This document shows positions 44,889-57,599 of a DNA stretch of 64,000 bases, in pieces. The notes beneath the pieces were generated by a model. That model made no database searches. It had not been told where the DNA came from and saw only the letters and a program-made list of their open reading frames with translations. The position numbers and the translations under genes were made by a program. The stretch's first letter is position 1; every line of letters starts with the position of its first letter. Origin of the DNA: the human T2T-CHM13v2.0 reference genome, Homo sapiens; NCBI RefSeq assembly GCF_009914755.1, contig NC_060927.1. The stretch is one strand, 5' to 3'.

Positions 44889-47384
44889 ATCCTTTCCCTT
44901 CATCATCTAGCTTTTTTCATTCTGATATGGAAGTCATTTAGCCTCCTAGATCCAGCCATTCCTGCAGTCACTTCTGTACCAGTCTCTTCACTTACATGAA
45001 CCAGTAAGTCACTCAACCTCTTTTTTGATTTAGCCACTTGTGCTGGGTTTCTGTCACTTAGAACCAACAGAATCTGACTGACATTGCCTAACAGTGACTC
45101 TTTTCCACATTTCTGCTACCTAGTGTTCTTCTCCAGACTGCAATACCTGTTTTTCCTATGCTTACTCAAATGAAATTAACTTTTAAAGACCTAACCCTAG
45201 TCTACTTTCTCTATGAAGATTTTTTTCTACTACTGTATCCAATCCTGTGTGTGCATGCACTCTTCTTTCTTCCTTCCCCACTTTAGTACTTCTAATCAGC
45301 GTCTTACAACTAAAACTTTCTTATTCAGCTTATTTGACATATATGTTATCTTCCAAACTAGAAGCTCCCCCAGTTCAGGAACCACATCTCACAAGTACCA
45401 ATTTCTTCTGCCATCAAGCCTGGGTGAGCGCTTGGTGCAATGAGTAACTGGTCAGTTATTTAGAACTTATTTCTAGGTTAGAACTCTCATCATTCCAGCT
45501 TAAGTTTTATAGACACCTGTCCCCAAATCACAGATGCTGGTTATATTTCAACATGATAGCTTACGATTGTTTATTAAATTTGCTTTTGCAGTGGGAAGAT
45601 CCCTAAGTCATTTGACTTTTATCATTTTACTCAGTGCAATTCTTCAGGAATGAAACATTTAATTTCCTTTGTTCTTCGGTCCAGTTTTAGGGAATCATAA
45701 GCCTATGCTAGGGGTGTAATGAGGCAAGAACCTTTCATGGTATTCCGCATCTTCAGAAAGTCTCTGCTATCAGTGCATAACAGCGGCTTCCCAATGTACC
45801 AAGGAAAATGGGGAGGGGAGAATGCCAACAAGCCCATTTAAATAATTCAGTTCTTCCCCTGATGAAGAGAAACAATTCTGTTTAAAGAAAAATTGGTTTA
45901 ATCGTCACTTTGTTCTCTCAAAAGGTAGAATTTTTTTTTAGACTGCAAGTCATATATTGCACTAACAAAGCAAACCTTAAGAATTTTGAGTAGACCAAAG
46001 TGCCTCAAAATATATCTGAGTAGACAACTTTATTATTGATTCAAAACACACACATACTTGCGCTCTCTCTCACACACATATATAGTTAGCTAGCACTAGG
46101 TCTTTTTATGTAAGGTATGGCTTTTTAGTCTTGCCCAAATAAGCCCAAGTAAATGAATAAGGAAAGAATTTCTATGGCTATGACTCAACATTAGCCATCA
46201 TTTCATGGGCAGATACAAGCTGAATCATACAGAAATGAGTAGCTTGAACTTACAAGACATTTGTCCTCTTGAATGAAATAGGAATTGCTGTGTAATAGAC
46301 AGTTTTAAGGATTACCCTTTTCCCCCATCATGCACAGACACACATGTACACTATACCTATGTATGTAGACACAATGCTCATTTTAAACTATTAGAATAAT
46401 TCCTACATCATTTAAAAAATGGTCATGTCAATCTAAATATTACATGAATTGCTAACAGTGCCTGCTTTTACATTCCCTCACTATAAGTAGCTAGTTCACA
46501 CAAGGTAGCCACCCATCACCGTTACTACATAGTTTAGAAACATATGGTATAGCTTTGCCATGCCAACTTCTAGGTATTCACTTTACCATTCTGACAAAAG
46601 AAGAAGAAAAAGCAAAGAACTGCTTTCCAAACTGTCATTTCTGAGCTACTGAAACATACATTGTTACATTCTGGTGGGGAGATTTTTGTTTTGGTCATAA
46701 ATTATTTCGCCATGTTATATTTCAATTCACAGTAATGTAACATAATATATCGGTAAATAATAAAATGTTTTTTCAGATAGTCTGTTTAAAGTCCCCTCTT
46801 TAATTAGGAAGATTGTTGGAATGCTCTTTTTCTCAGTAAAAGTGAAACCAAAGTAATTACCAAAATTATCCAAATGATGGTACTGTCTCCTTCTGTTCCT
46901 TCGCAAGTGTTCTTCCGAGCTAAAATCTTTTTCCTTTCAGTTTAAACGACATAGTAAAGTTGATACAGTCTAGTGTTAAATTTACCCACTAAAAGCCCAT
47001 CCCTCTCCTTCATATTCTTTAAGAAGTTATACTTAAGCATCCACTTTGCCCATAGTGACTATATTTGATGGGTGTACAGGGGAAGAAAGGAGGACCTCTC
47101 TCAATTCAGAGAGAAATAACTCTGGGTAAAGAAGTACACCTGACATGTTGTTAGGATTCTAGGGCTCTTTTTATCCTAGACTATTTCTAGCCAGTATCTC
47201 ATATTAAAAAGATAGGATTTGGAATCAGAATGTTTCACACTTCAATTGCCATCTTTTACCCATCTACGTGGTGCTTTAGGCAAATAACAAAATTTCCAAG
47301 TCTCAGTTTTTTAAAAACGAGGATGGCAATTTGTACATTGTTAGAGTTAGGAGATTTAAAAAATGATTTAAGAACAGAAAAAAA

Positions 47385-47600
47385 TAACTTTGGCTAAAAA
47401 CTAAGGAAATCTGAATAAACTACAGACTTTAGTTAATAATAATGTATCAATATTAGTTCATTGTAACCCATGTCCCATACTACTGTAAGATATTAAGAAG
47501 GGAAATTAGATATGGAGTATATAGGAACTCTCTGTACCGTATATCAATTTTTCAGTGAATTGAAAGCTGTTCAGAAAGATAAAATCTATTCTTCAAAAAA
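47385..47600 (+). mobile_element. L1MC-like 3'UTR fragment
   Basis: aaactacagactttagttaataataatgtatcaatattagttcattgtaac...ggagtatataggaactctctgtac. Confidence 0.65.
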
Positions 47601-50256
47601 TGATCTATGTGCCGTGCACATAGTAGATACTTGAAAAAGTGGTGTGAGTATTGTGATATAGATTATTTGGTTTCATATGGTGCATTATACTCTGTACAAT
47701 ATGGTCTTTTCTCCACAATTCAGCAATTCCTTTTCATAGATCTCGTTCTCTCTCTCTCTGACCTCCATATCATCCTATCCCTTTCTCTACATTTTTCCTC
47801 TTTTTCTAGTTCATCCTTTTCTATTCTACTGCAAACTCATGTTTAGTTTACAACTAGTTTATCTTTCTCCAAGACTAACTTTAGCTCATCAACTATTTGT
47901 TGGCTTTAAACTTTACCACAGTGATTATGCAAACCTTTTAATTACTCTCAATCATTGCTTATTTTTAAAAAATCAGAGTTCTAAGCTTTCTACTTGAAGG
48001 AGCAAAACACACCTCTAGAAAGGCATTAAAAACTTACAGATATAGCAGTGAAAAAGCTTCTTTTTGTAATAAGGAGATATATATATATATTTTGTTGTTG
48101 TTTAAATTTAGCTTCCCAGTATAGCCAAAAGCTCTGGGATAGCTTCACTGGGATATGTATTTAGCAACAGTTTGCTGTGATAACTAAGAATAGTTTGACC
48201 AAATGTCAGTGTTATCAATCTGTCCTGGAGTCTCTCTGAGGTTAAGCTCCCGTGTAAAAATGCAAACAGCATGCCCCTCAAAACCACAGCTTTGAGTGGA
48301 TTCAGGTAAAGCATACAATCAGATCAGAAAAATCTGGCCTTATAATAATCTCTAAAGTAACTGAAGTTTCTGTTTAGAAGAACTGTGTCTCTGTGGGATT
48401 TCTTTCTCCATGCTAGCTCTGGACTTAAGCAACTATTTAAAGGACAGACCTCTAGAGACTTTGATAAATGTCTCTAGACATCTCCCCCACCCCTTTCGAC
48501 CTAACACTTAAAGTCACAGTTTTCATTGTCAAAGGAATGGAATATTTTTGGCTGGTGCTGTTATTACTGGGATAGATTTTGGAGGTTGAAGTTCCTATGC
48601 TGTAAAGGCACAATTACAATAGGAATTCCAAACTGAAATGTGAACTATTAGGCCCCGTGGACTCAACATCCAGCCTTAAAATAATATCCCAAAAACTTTT
48701 ACTTCTCTGAGGATACTTTTGCTCTACTGCAGTCAAAAATACGAATTGAAAAAACAAGGGGCCACAGATAAAGATGGAGAGTCTTGTGTGTAACCCACCT
48801 CCTGTCTCTCACCCTGGAAATCAGTTTTATCTTTTAATGAAACTGATATCCAAGCTCGTGATGGCTGAAATAAATCATCAGTGCTGGGTGGTGTGTGTAC
48901 ACATGTAAGCAAAACAAACAGAGAAATCTGTGCTAACTCAAGGTAAGGGTGGATAAATACGGAAAACCTAATGCTACTACAGCAACATGTAATTTGTTCT
49001 TAAATGGCAGCAACTGAAAGATTCACTATTTTCAGACACTAGTCTCACAGTCTTGATGGGGTTAGGACTGGCCTCACACTGCCTCTGTGTGGGGCTTGAC
49101 TGGCTTTTTTGATAGCTCAAGTGCTGCAAATTTATTTAAAAGAGAACAGAACGCTGACTTTCTTCACTAACTCACTCCAGCTGGGTTCCTGCCTGCTTTT
49201 CTTCTGTCCCCACCCCCCGCCACTGCCCCTCATCTTGCAGTACCCCTCATCCCTTTCTCCAGCTAAAGAACAGCTGATAGAAATAGGCGCCTTTTTTTTT
49301 TTTTTTTTAACATCAAAGGCAGCCCAGAGCTATGTCAGCCTTGCCCCAGCCTCAGACAGAAAAAGCTTTTGATGCCTCAGATTGCGAAGCTTTTTGCAGC
49401 TGTACTTTATCAAGGCAGCAGTGGCAGGGCTTGGAGGACCCAGGCGAGCCAGAAGGTGGCGGCGAAGTCACCTTGGGAAGAGGAGAATAGGGTCAAAGAC
49501 AGGACGGCGGAGGGGCTGACCCGGACGGAAGGACCAGAGGGCGTGCCCCTGCTCTGGGGTCAGTGAGGAAGGGTCAGGGGGACTGGTGAGAACTCCAGCC
49601 ATAAGGAAGCAGTGCCCGAGGACACTTTGGCGACGCTAGTCGGTGATCAGCTGACCCGGGCAGGGAGAGGAGGGTGCCCTTCGCAGAGTCACGGGAAGCT
49701 TCGCCTTCTGGGCTTGCTTTCTCCCGCCTGCCCCTGCGGTTGCTCTCTGCCCCAGCGAGCGGAGCGCTGCTCCAAGACGCTCTTCTCCCTCCACCTCGGC
49801 GCCCCCACCTGCCGTTGCCCCCGCCCGCCGAACGCACGCCCAGGAGGGCGGGCCCGGAGTTGAGCGCAGCCGCCCGCCGCTGGAGAGCGCTGGGAGCCCT
49901 GCAAGCGAGCAAGGCCTCTCTGGGCGCCGCGGGCAGCAAATCACTCCCCGAGCCTCTCGGTCCACAAAGCGGGACCTGCCTGCCTCGCTCACCAACGCTC
50001 CCGGGCTGGGGGGGCTCGAGCAAGCGGCGCTGCGCTCCGCGGCCCTCGCCGGTCCCAGTCAGCTCCAGGAGCGCTCCAGGCTGGGTTGGGCTGGGCCTGG
50101 GCGAGCCCGGCCGCTGGGAGGGGGCCTCGTAGCCCTTTCCCCAGGGCGCGGTCTCCACCTCTCCTGCTCCTCCTCGCCAGCTGCGCCGCCAGCTCCCATT
50201 GTTCACCCCGCCCGCCTGGCGACGTCCGGGTGCTGCTCCCTGGGCCTCCCAGGCGC

Positions 50257-50262
50257 ACCTAC
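50257..50262 (-). other. CADPS: 5' splice donor of CADPS intron 1 (GTAGGT)
   Basis: Plus strand reads acctac|cttctgctg, which is minus CAGCAGAAG|GTAGGT. Confidence 0.93.
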
Positions 50263-50703
50263 CTTCTGCTGCCGGCGAGCCATGTCGGTGGGCTGCTTGG
50301 CATTAAAGGGGTAGGCGATGCAGCGCATCACGAACACATACAGCTGCAGCCTCTTCTTCCTCTCCTCCTCCTCTTTCTGCAGCCGCTCCAACTCTTCCTT
50401 CTCCTTCTCGCTCACCACCGACGGGCTGGGGCTGGAGGGCCGGCCGCCGCCAGCGCGGCTGCTGGGTTGCAGCCCCCCGGCCCCGCCGCCGCTGCTCGCG
50501 CCGCTGCCCCCGCCGCCGCCTGCACCCACCCCGGCTCCGGCGCCGGCGCCGCCGCCCCCCAGCCCGGCGCTGCCGGCCGAGCCCTCGCTGGTACGGCTGG
50601 GAGACAGGCGCGCGCCGGACGGGGCCGAGCCGAGCACCTCCTTGCCGCTCTCCTCCTCCACGATCTCATCCGATTCTTCTTCGCTGGACGAAGGGTCCAG
50701 CAT
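50263..50703 (-). CDS. CADPS: Calcium-dependent secretion activator 1 (CAPS1), coding part of exon 1 (aa 1-147)
   Basis: The [33 protein letters not shown]...Gly-rich...[49 protein letters not shown] is recognised as the CADPS N-terminus. It is 441 nt, ends at a canonical phase-0 donor AAG|GTAGGT and lies in a CpG island. The last 19 aa of the listed ORF (VGAPGR...) are intron read-through. Confidence 0.97.
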
Positions 50704-51087
50704 AGTGGCGCCTGGGGAGCGGGGTCTCTGGAGCCCCCGGCTTGGAGTGCAAAAGGTGGGGGGCGCTGGAGGCAGCCGGGGATCAGCTCTCCCGGGTGGG
50801 CGCTTCTCCCCAGGTCAGGGAGCGAGAGCGCTGCTGCTCAGCCTCGGCCGCCGCGACTGATCCTCTGCCCGGCGGTCGCGAGCTGGGCTCAGACCCAGAA
50901 GCGCGAAGGGAGGAGGGGAAGGGAGAGGTGCGTCCGTGGACTCGAGGTGGGCAAGGGGGAGAATCAATTGCGAGCCCCGAGCCCGCAGCCGGATGCCATC
51001 TGCGGCTGCTGAAGGAGGCGCCTCCAGAAAAGATGCCGAGTGTTGCAAGCTGTCGATGCAGCCAAGAGCCGAAGAGGCATCTTGCCG

Positions 51088-51121
51088 ATTGGGGAGGGAG
51101 CGGCGCTTACGTGTTTATTGG
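51088..51121 (-). promoter_or_regulatory. Tandem CCAAT boxes (NF-Y candidates) flanking a CACGTAAG motif
   Basis: ATTGG at 51088-51092 and 51117-51121 (CCAAT on the transcribed strand), 29 bp apart and ~390-420 bp upstream of the ATG; cttacgtg lies between them. Confidence 0.55.
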
Positions 51122-51542
51122 CTTAACTCTCCCGTGTCCGCGGCGTAAAGGGCTGCTGCAGAGGGCTGGAGGGGGGAGAGCGCGGAGCGTCCTCAGAGCC
51201 TCAGTACTTCTGACCCCAATACCTTGCCACCCTCCTCCCCTGCCGGCTTCGTGGATAATTTTTTTGTTGATATCTGGCTCTCATTGCCTCAACCCCTTTT
51301 CCCCTCCCGCGGACAAAAAGTTCTTGGGGGAGGGAGAAATCCAGAAACCAGCCGAGCGGGCTGTTTGGAGACGCTAAATCGAGAGGTCTTACTTAGGAGG
51401 AGGAAGTCCGTGAGATCTTATACGGGAAAGAAAGGGTCCATCTCCTTTCCCCAGGCTTCTTTACACCTGGGGCGTGGGGGGCGTGGGGGCTGGGCAGCGT
51501 GTTTGTCCCACCTGTGTAAACTCTGATTCCAGCAACTTATTC

Positions 51543-51551
51543 CGCATGCGC
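51543..51551. promoter_or_regulatory. NRF1-like motif (CGCATGCGC)
   Basis: Close match to GCGCATGCGC at the upstream edge of the CpG island; motif match only. Confidence 0.35.
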
Positions 51552-54500
51552 CCAGTCTAATTAAAATAAAAGTGAATCAAATTTTGAATGGATTGGTGTT
51601 TCGACCAGGCAACTCAACCATTTATGTAGCGCCCCCGACCTTGCCTACCCCCACCCCCAAAATCTATGATGAATCTTCTTCAGTTCCCAAGACCTGGGAA
51701 TGCTTTCTGCTGAGGTGAGCCTACCAGAAAAATAGAAGGGTTTCTGGTTGCTTAACCCTCCCTCCATTCTGGCTCGGTGGAGGCTTGGGGACCCCGCGAT
51801 CAGACAAAGACACCCTAAGAACTCAGCGGCGTCAACATCTAATGCGTCGACTGTCGCACTCTGTTCACCCCTGCCTCTCGGGTAAACTATTAATACAAAG
51901 CAGCAGATGGTGCCTGCCTTCCCCGTGCTCCTTTCACTTAGGCCAGTAAACCTGGTAAACGAGGGAGCTGGCCAACGTGCTGAATGTAACCTGCGACCCG
52001 CACGCAGATGGATGAAAACAAACCACCAGCCAGCCACCTTCAGAACTTAGGCTATCTAGAGACCTCTCCACTTCATCGCCTATATTTATGTATTTTCTAG
52101 TTCTCTAATTATCTGTAGATACTCGTGGGAGTGATTTTAATAGTGTAGCATGAGTTTAAAGTTTAAATCACTTTTGTCTTTACGTATTTTATAATTTACC
52201 ATGAGTTTTACTAGCTTTGATAGTAAAGTGACCTGTTTGAGACCTGCAGATGAACTCAGAACAACTGGTTTCACATTAACCTCAACAATTCTGTTTGATC
52301 TTTTGAGTTAAGTACTTGGATGGCTTATATTTGACTTCACCACCATACCTCAAGGACACAACTTTTGTGGCCATCACACATTTGGTAACAACACAAAATT
52401 TAAAAAAAATTGAGCAGTGCGGGGATTGTGACAGTTTTGCAGCCTCACTTTTTAATTCTTCTCAAGAAGTAAAGGATGTTCAAATCATGTGGTATTGGTT
52501 TTCCTGGAACAGAAAATATAGTAAGCCAATCAATTGATCAACAACCTTTATCCAGCACCTTTTAATGAAGTAACACATTGTTCTAGGTGCTTGGGATAGA
52601 TAGAATTTTTAGAAGGCATTCTCTTAAAGAGTCTATAATCTCCTTTGGGAGCTACAACATAAACATGTGAAAAAGATTGACAGCACTTATTCTGAGGCAA
52701 CATATCAACAAATCCAGGTCAGTAAACTGCAAAAAGCTTGCGTGAATGAAGCAACTTGAAGTGAAGGGAATCATATATTTCTCAAAGAAGAGAATAAAAT
52801 CTTAAGGGAACATACCATATACATGGGTGGTGAAAAGAGAAGGTATTGCAAGTGGAATAAGTGGTTTGCAATGCCAGAGTAATAGGGCAAGGGATCAAGT
52901 AAGGTTAAAGAGTGTTATGGAAACAGGGTATGGGTAGGTGACAGGAGGAGGAAAGAGCTGAAATTATAATCCATTTGGCGAAATAAAGGGACCATGTTTA
53001 GGACACAAATTAAGGAGTATGTGATGATTTGGGGAGGAGATGCTGTTGAAGGCCAGAAACAGGTCATTCACAGATTAAATATTTCTTCTAAGGTCTCTTT
53101 AGGCATTTAAATACTGTCACATCAGACATTGGTGGCAAAGTGGCCATGAATTCCATCTACAAAAACACTTGGAATTTCACAATTGCTGTAATAAAGTTTT
53201 GTTTCATATTTTTACAAACTCCTTTGGGATTATGTGGGTTTTTTCCAGGTATAGTCATTAATATAGAAACTTAATATCCACCTTTTGTAAATTACATAAA
53301 CCTATGATTTGGGTGTTAAACATAACATTGCTTACATAAATCTAACAATCTTCTCAATCCCCCCCAAGAGTATTCAATCAAAGAGGCTTACATAGATTTT
53401 ACCAAAAATATTTCCATATTTTTTTCAAATGGTGAACATTGCTGTCTTTCAAAATATACACCCTTTCGAAGACATCTCTTACCTTAGCCGAAAGTCAACT
53501 TGGAGATATTCTAAATATTTGTTAGTATTGAAGATAAGATATGCCAACCAGAACTTATGAGGCATCTGAAGTAGGGATTGTGACTTCCCTAAATGTACAT
53601 TTTGATAAACAGGGGAAAAGATGACCACAGAACACATGCAAAGTCTCTTAACTTTTGTCTACCTCTTGTAAATATTTGTGTTCTTATTTTTAAAAGTAGA
53701 ATTCCACCATAGATTCTTATACACCTAAGAATTTATGTCCTTAAGCTATTTTATGTGCTTGCATGTTTGCCCCACATCCAGTTCTGCTCTGTAGAAAACT
53801 TGGATAACCTCAAGATGATGGAATACATTTTAATCAACTATCTGGAGACCATATCATGAAAGTAGAAGCTATACCGTTGAATTTTGTAATCCTACCCCCA
53901 AAAGCAAAGTCTGCAGAAAATGGAAATGACTGAGACACTAAGCCAGGATTTCCTAATCTAAACCTAGATGATCTCCATCCTTCTATGAAGTGTTTGCCTC
54001 GATGTGTCAAAGGCCACAAGTATGAGGAAATATCTGACTCGCTGGCAATTGATAGTTTAGTAAAAACAAACCTCTTCTTTATGTCACACATAAAACACAT
54101 TTCCATCAAATATAACTAAGTTTAATGCCCACTTTGATGCTTTTGTGGGTTTGTTACTAAAAAATAATTTAGCTAAGTTAAATATTTAAAAAATCTCAAT
54201 AAACTTCATATTATCTAGATGTGATCATCTCATCTAATCAATATTTAATTTTGTTTAAATTATAAGACTAGCTTGCAAGCTCCAAAAATGGGTTAATTTG
54301 ATCTTACAGTGTGCCTTAGGTCAAGTTAAATGCTTGGCCTCTCAACCCAGACAGTTCTGCCTCTACCACTTAATAGTAGAGCTATCCTGAACGAACTAAT
54401 GATTCACATTCAGTATCCTCATCTGTAAAATGGGGGATAATAGTACTCACTTCCCCTGGAATGACAACAAAAATAGATGATATATAAAAAGCAATTTTCA

Positions 54501-56589
54501 ACCAATTTTAGCTTTACATTTTTTTTCCAGTGATCTGAGAGGGATGTGCCATAAATGAGATGACAAGAAATTGGACACAAATAATTAGAAGGAAACGAAC
54601 ATAAAAGAAATCAAATAATTCAGAACTAGATCCTGAAAAATAGAAGAGTTGCTTATTTGTTTACTTGATGCCTGTCTGGTTTTAGATAGTATTGTCAGGG
54701 ATTAGAAATGGTCTATTTTGTTTGAGAAACCTACTTTTCATCATTACTCTTTATATCATATGATGATTCTTACTAAAGTAAAATGAAGCAGGTTAGGATG
54801 AAATTAAAGGATCATCATAAGGCTAAAAATAATAAAAATCGAGCCACACCAAAGTATCTTTCACTCTAGGCAACAAAACATGTTTTGGAATGATAAATAA
54901 TATTACTTGCAAGAATTGGTCTTGGAAAATCACTCATTACTTAAGAAGATGAAAAAGAAAAGTGGGACAACACATTTTACAATAAATATTTAAGTCAAAT
55001 TCTGAAAGCCAACTATTCACAAGAGTAATCATGTTTCTTGTGTACACAATTTCTTTTAATAGAAGTGAGAACTAGATGTGGTATGGATTGAAATGCAGTT
55101 TATACTGGTATTTACATGGACAAGATGGAGGGTTTTGTCATTTTGCATTGACTCTGAAATACAGTGACATACCATCAAATAAAAGGGAAAAAAAGTACCC
55201 AAGTGGCTGTTTCCACATCATAAAATATTACGTAGATAATCTGCCTAAGTAGCCTAACTCACCAATTAGGTTTGCCTTGATAAATGCTAACATTACATCT
55301 TCACCTTCTGAAAAGAATTTTCTGAGCTGATTGTCTGGGTTATAGTTATTTTCACAGACTACAATGGCTTTAGTCTGGAGGCTTTCTTCAGATTGTAAAT
55401 AGGAATAACTGAAATTAGGGTATTTTCATAATAATCAGTTTGTTTTCAGTTTTAAATATCTGAAATGGAGAGTTCCTTTTTTTAGGCTGCCCTAAAACAC
55501 AGGGGTCTTACCCAATTTTTTGGAGAAAGAAAATAAATAAGAAAAGGAGATTGAGAGAGGCTTCATGAGTAAAGGGAAAGTAAGAAAAATGTAAGGATGA
55601 GTCCTGATCAAAGAGTAGATACTGTCATCTGGGTTAGGGGACATTAAGGGCAAATATACTGGGGGAAATTCTCTAAACCAGCCCTGGTCACCTAGGTGCC
55701 AAACTAAACTAACAAAAGGGAACTTCATTGATTAAGGCCTGAGCCCTGCTCATAGGAGTGTACTTCTTCTTCTCCTTCTTCTTTTTAGAGTGACACTGAC
55801 CTTCCATTTTAGAGTCCACTATTCCAGCCCATTTTCATAAGAACTCCATCAGTCTTCTCTTGTTTCTTTCATCTGTAAGAGCTTTCTGTCCCAGTCTTTT
55901 CCAAAATAACATTTGTGGAGATGCTGACATGCTGTTATTTTTCACTCAGAAGTTGTACCTAATGATTTACCATGAGAATCAAGGGACTTCTAAAAGAACT
56001 TGGAGTCGCATTATGATAAAGTTTCATATATTCCAACCAGGCACTTATGAGTGTACCAATCCTATTCTTTTATTGTCTGTTATCCCATGTGGGTCTTGAG
56101 AGAGATATACAAAGAACAATTGCATATAAAAATCATAATGGAATTATGATAACTGGGATGGGGCTCAAAACTCCCCCAACACAGAACTCTGATAATTTGA
56201 AAGTGAGTCATGTATTTTTGGCTTTATATCTAAGCAGAATCTCTACCTTCATTGGCCAGAATTCATATCTTCATGTTTTATTATCCTCTGTTCAGTGACA
56301 AGGTACAGGAAGTGGAAATAACAGTTCAGTAAGGCAATGCCTGCAAAAAGAGAGAAATTGAAGGGTCTGCCCCAAGATTGCAGGTCTTGAATCCACTCAC
56401 CCCAGTCACATGGGGTGACAAACATGGATGACATACCTCCTTAATGAACAGAGTCCTACCCACTAGCAGACATGCCTCAACTGGCACATGTCACCTAATA
56501 AATCTAATTTATATTCCCTCTTCTTGAGGAGGAGATAGAAGAGGATAGAAAAACAGGCTGACAGAGAATCAAGAGTTTGCTTTTGAACG

Positions 56590-57455
<866 letters not shown>

Positions 57456-57461
57456 ATTTTG

Positions 57462-57599
57462 GGAAATGGTGGTATGCGCCTGTAGTCCTAGCTACTTGGG
57501 AGGCTAAGGTAGGAGGATCACTTGAGCCCAGGAGGTGGAGGCTGCAGTGAACCTCCAGCCTGGGTGACAGAGTGAGACTCAATCTCAAAAAAAAAAAAA
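57462..57599 (+). mobile_element. Alu right-arm fragment (AluJ/FRAM)
   Basis: gcctgtagtcctagctacttgggaggctaagg...cagcctgggtgacagagtgagactc + A tail. Confidence 0.8.

Larger units (their letters stand above)
49500..51560. promoter_or_regulatory. CADPS: CpG island: CADPS promoter, 5'UTR and exon 1
   Basis: Abrupt rise in GC and CpG density relative to the flanks; spans the start codon. Confidence 0.92.

Noticed and set aside
50203-50262. C-terminal 19 aa of the 166-aa ORF as part of CADPS
   Set aside because: They lie past a canonical splice donor and are intron read-through.
49574-51526. Many long overlapping ORFs in the CpG island (e.g. 50086-51012 + 308 aa, 49574-50206 - 210 aa, 50742-51377 + 211 aa)
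   Set aside because: Stop-codon depletion is expected in very GC-rich DNA. The products are low-complexity, mostly start at GTG/TTG and are largely shadows of CADPS exon 1.
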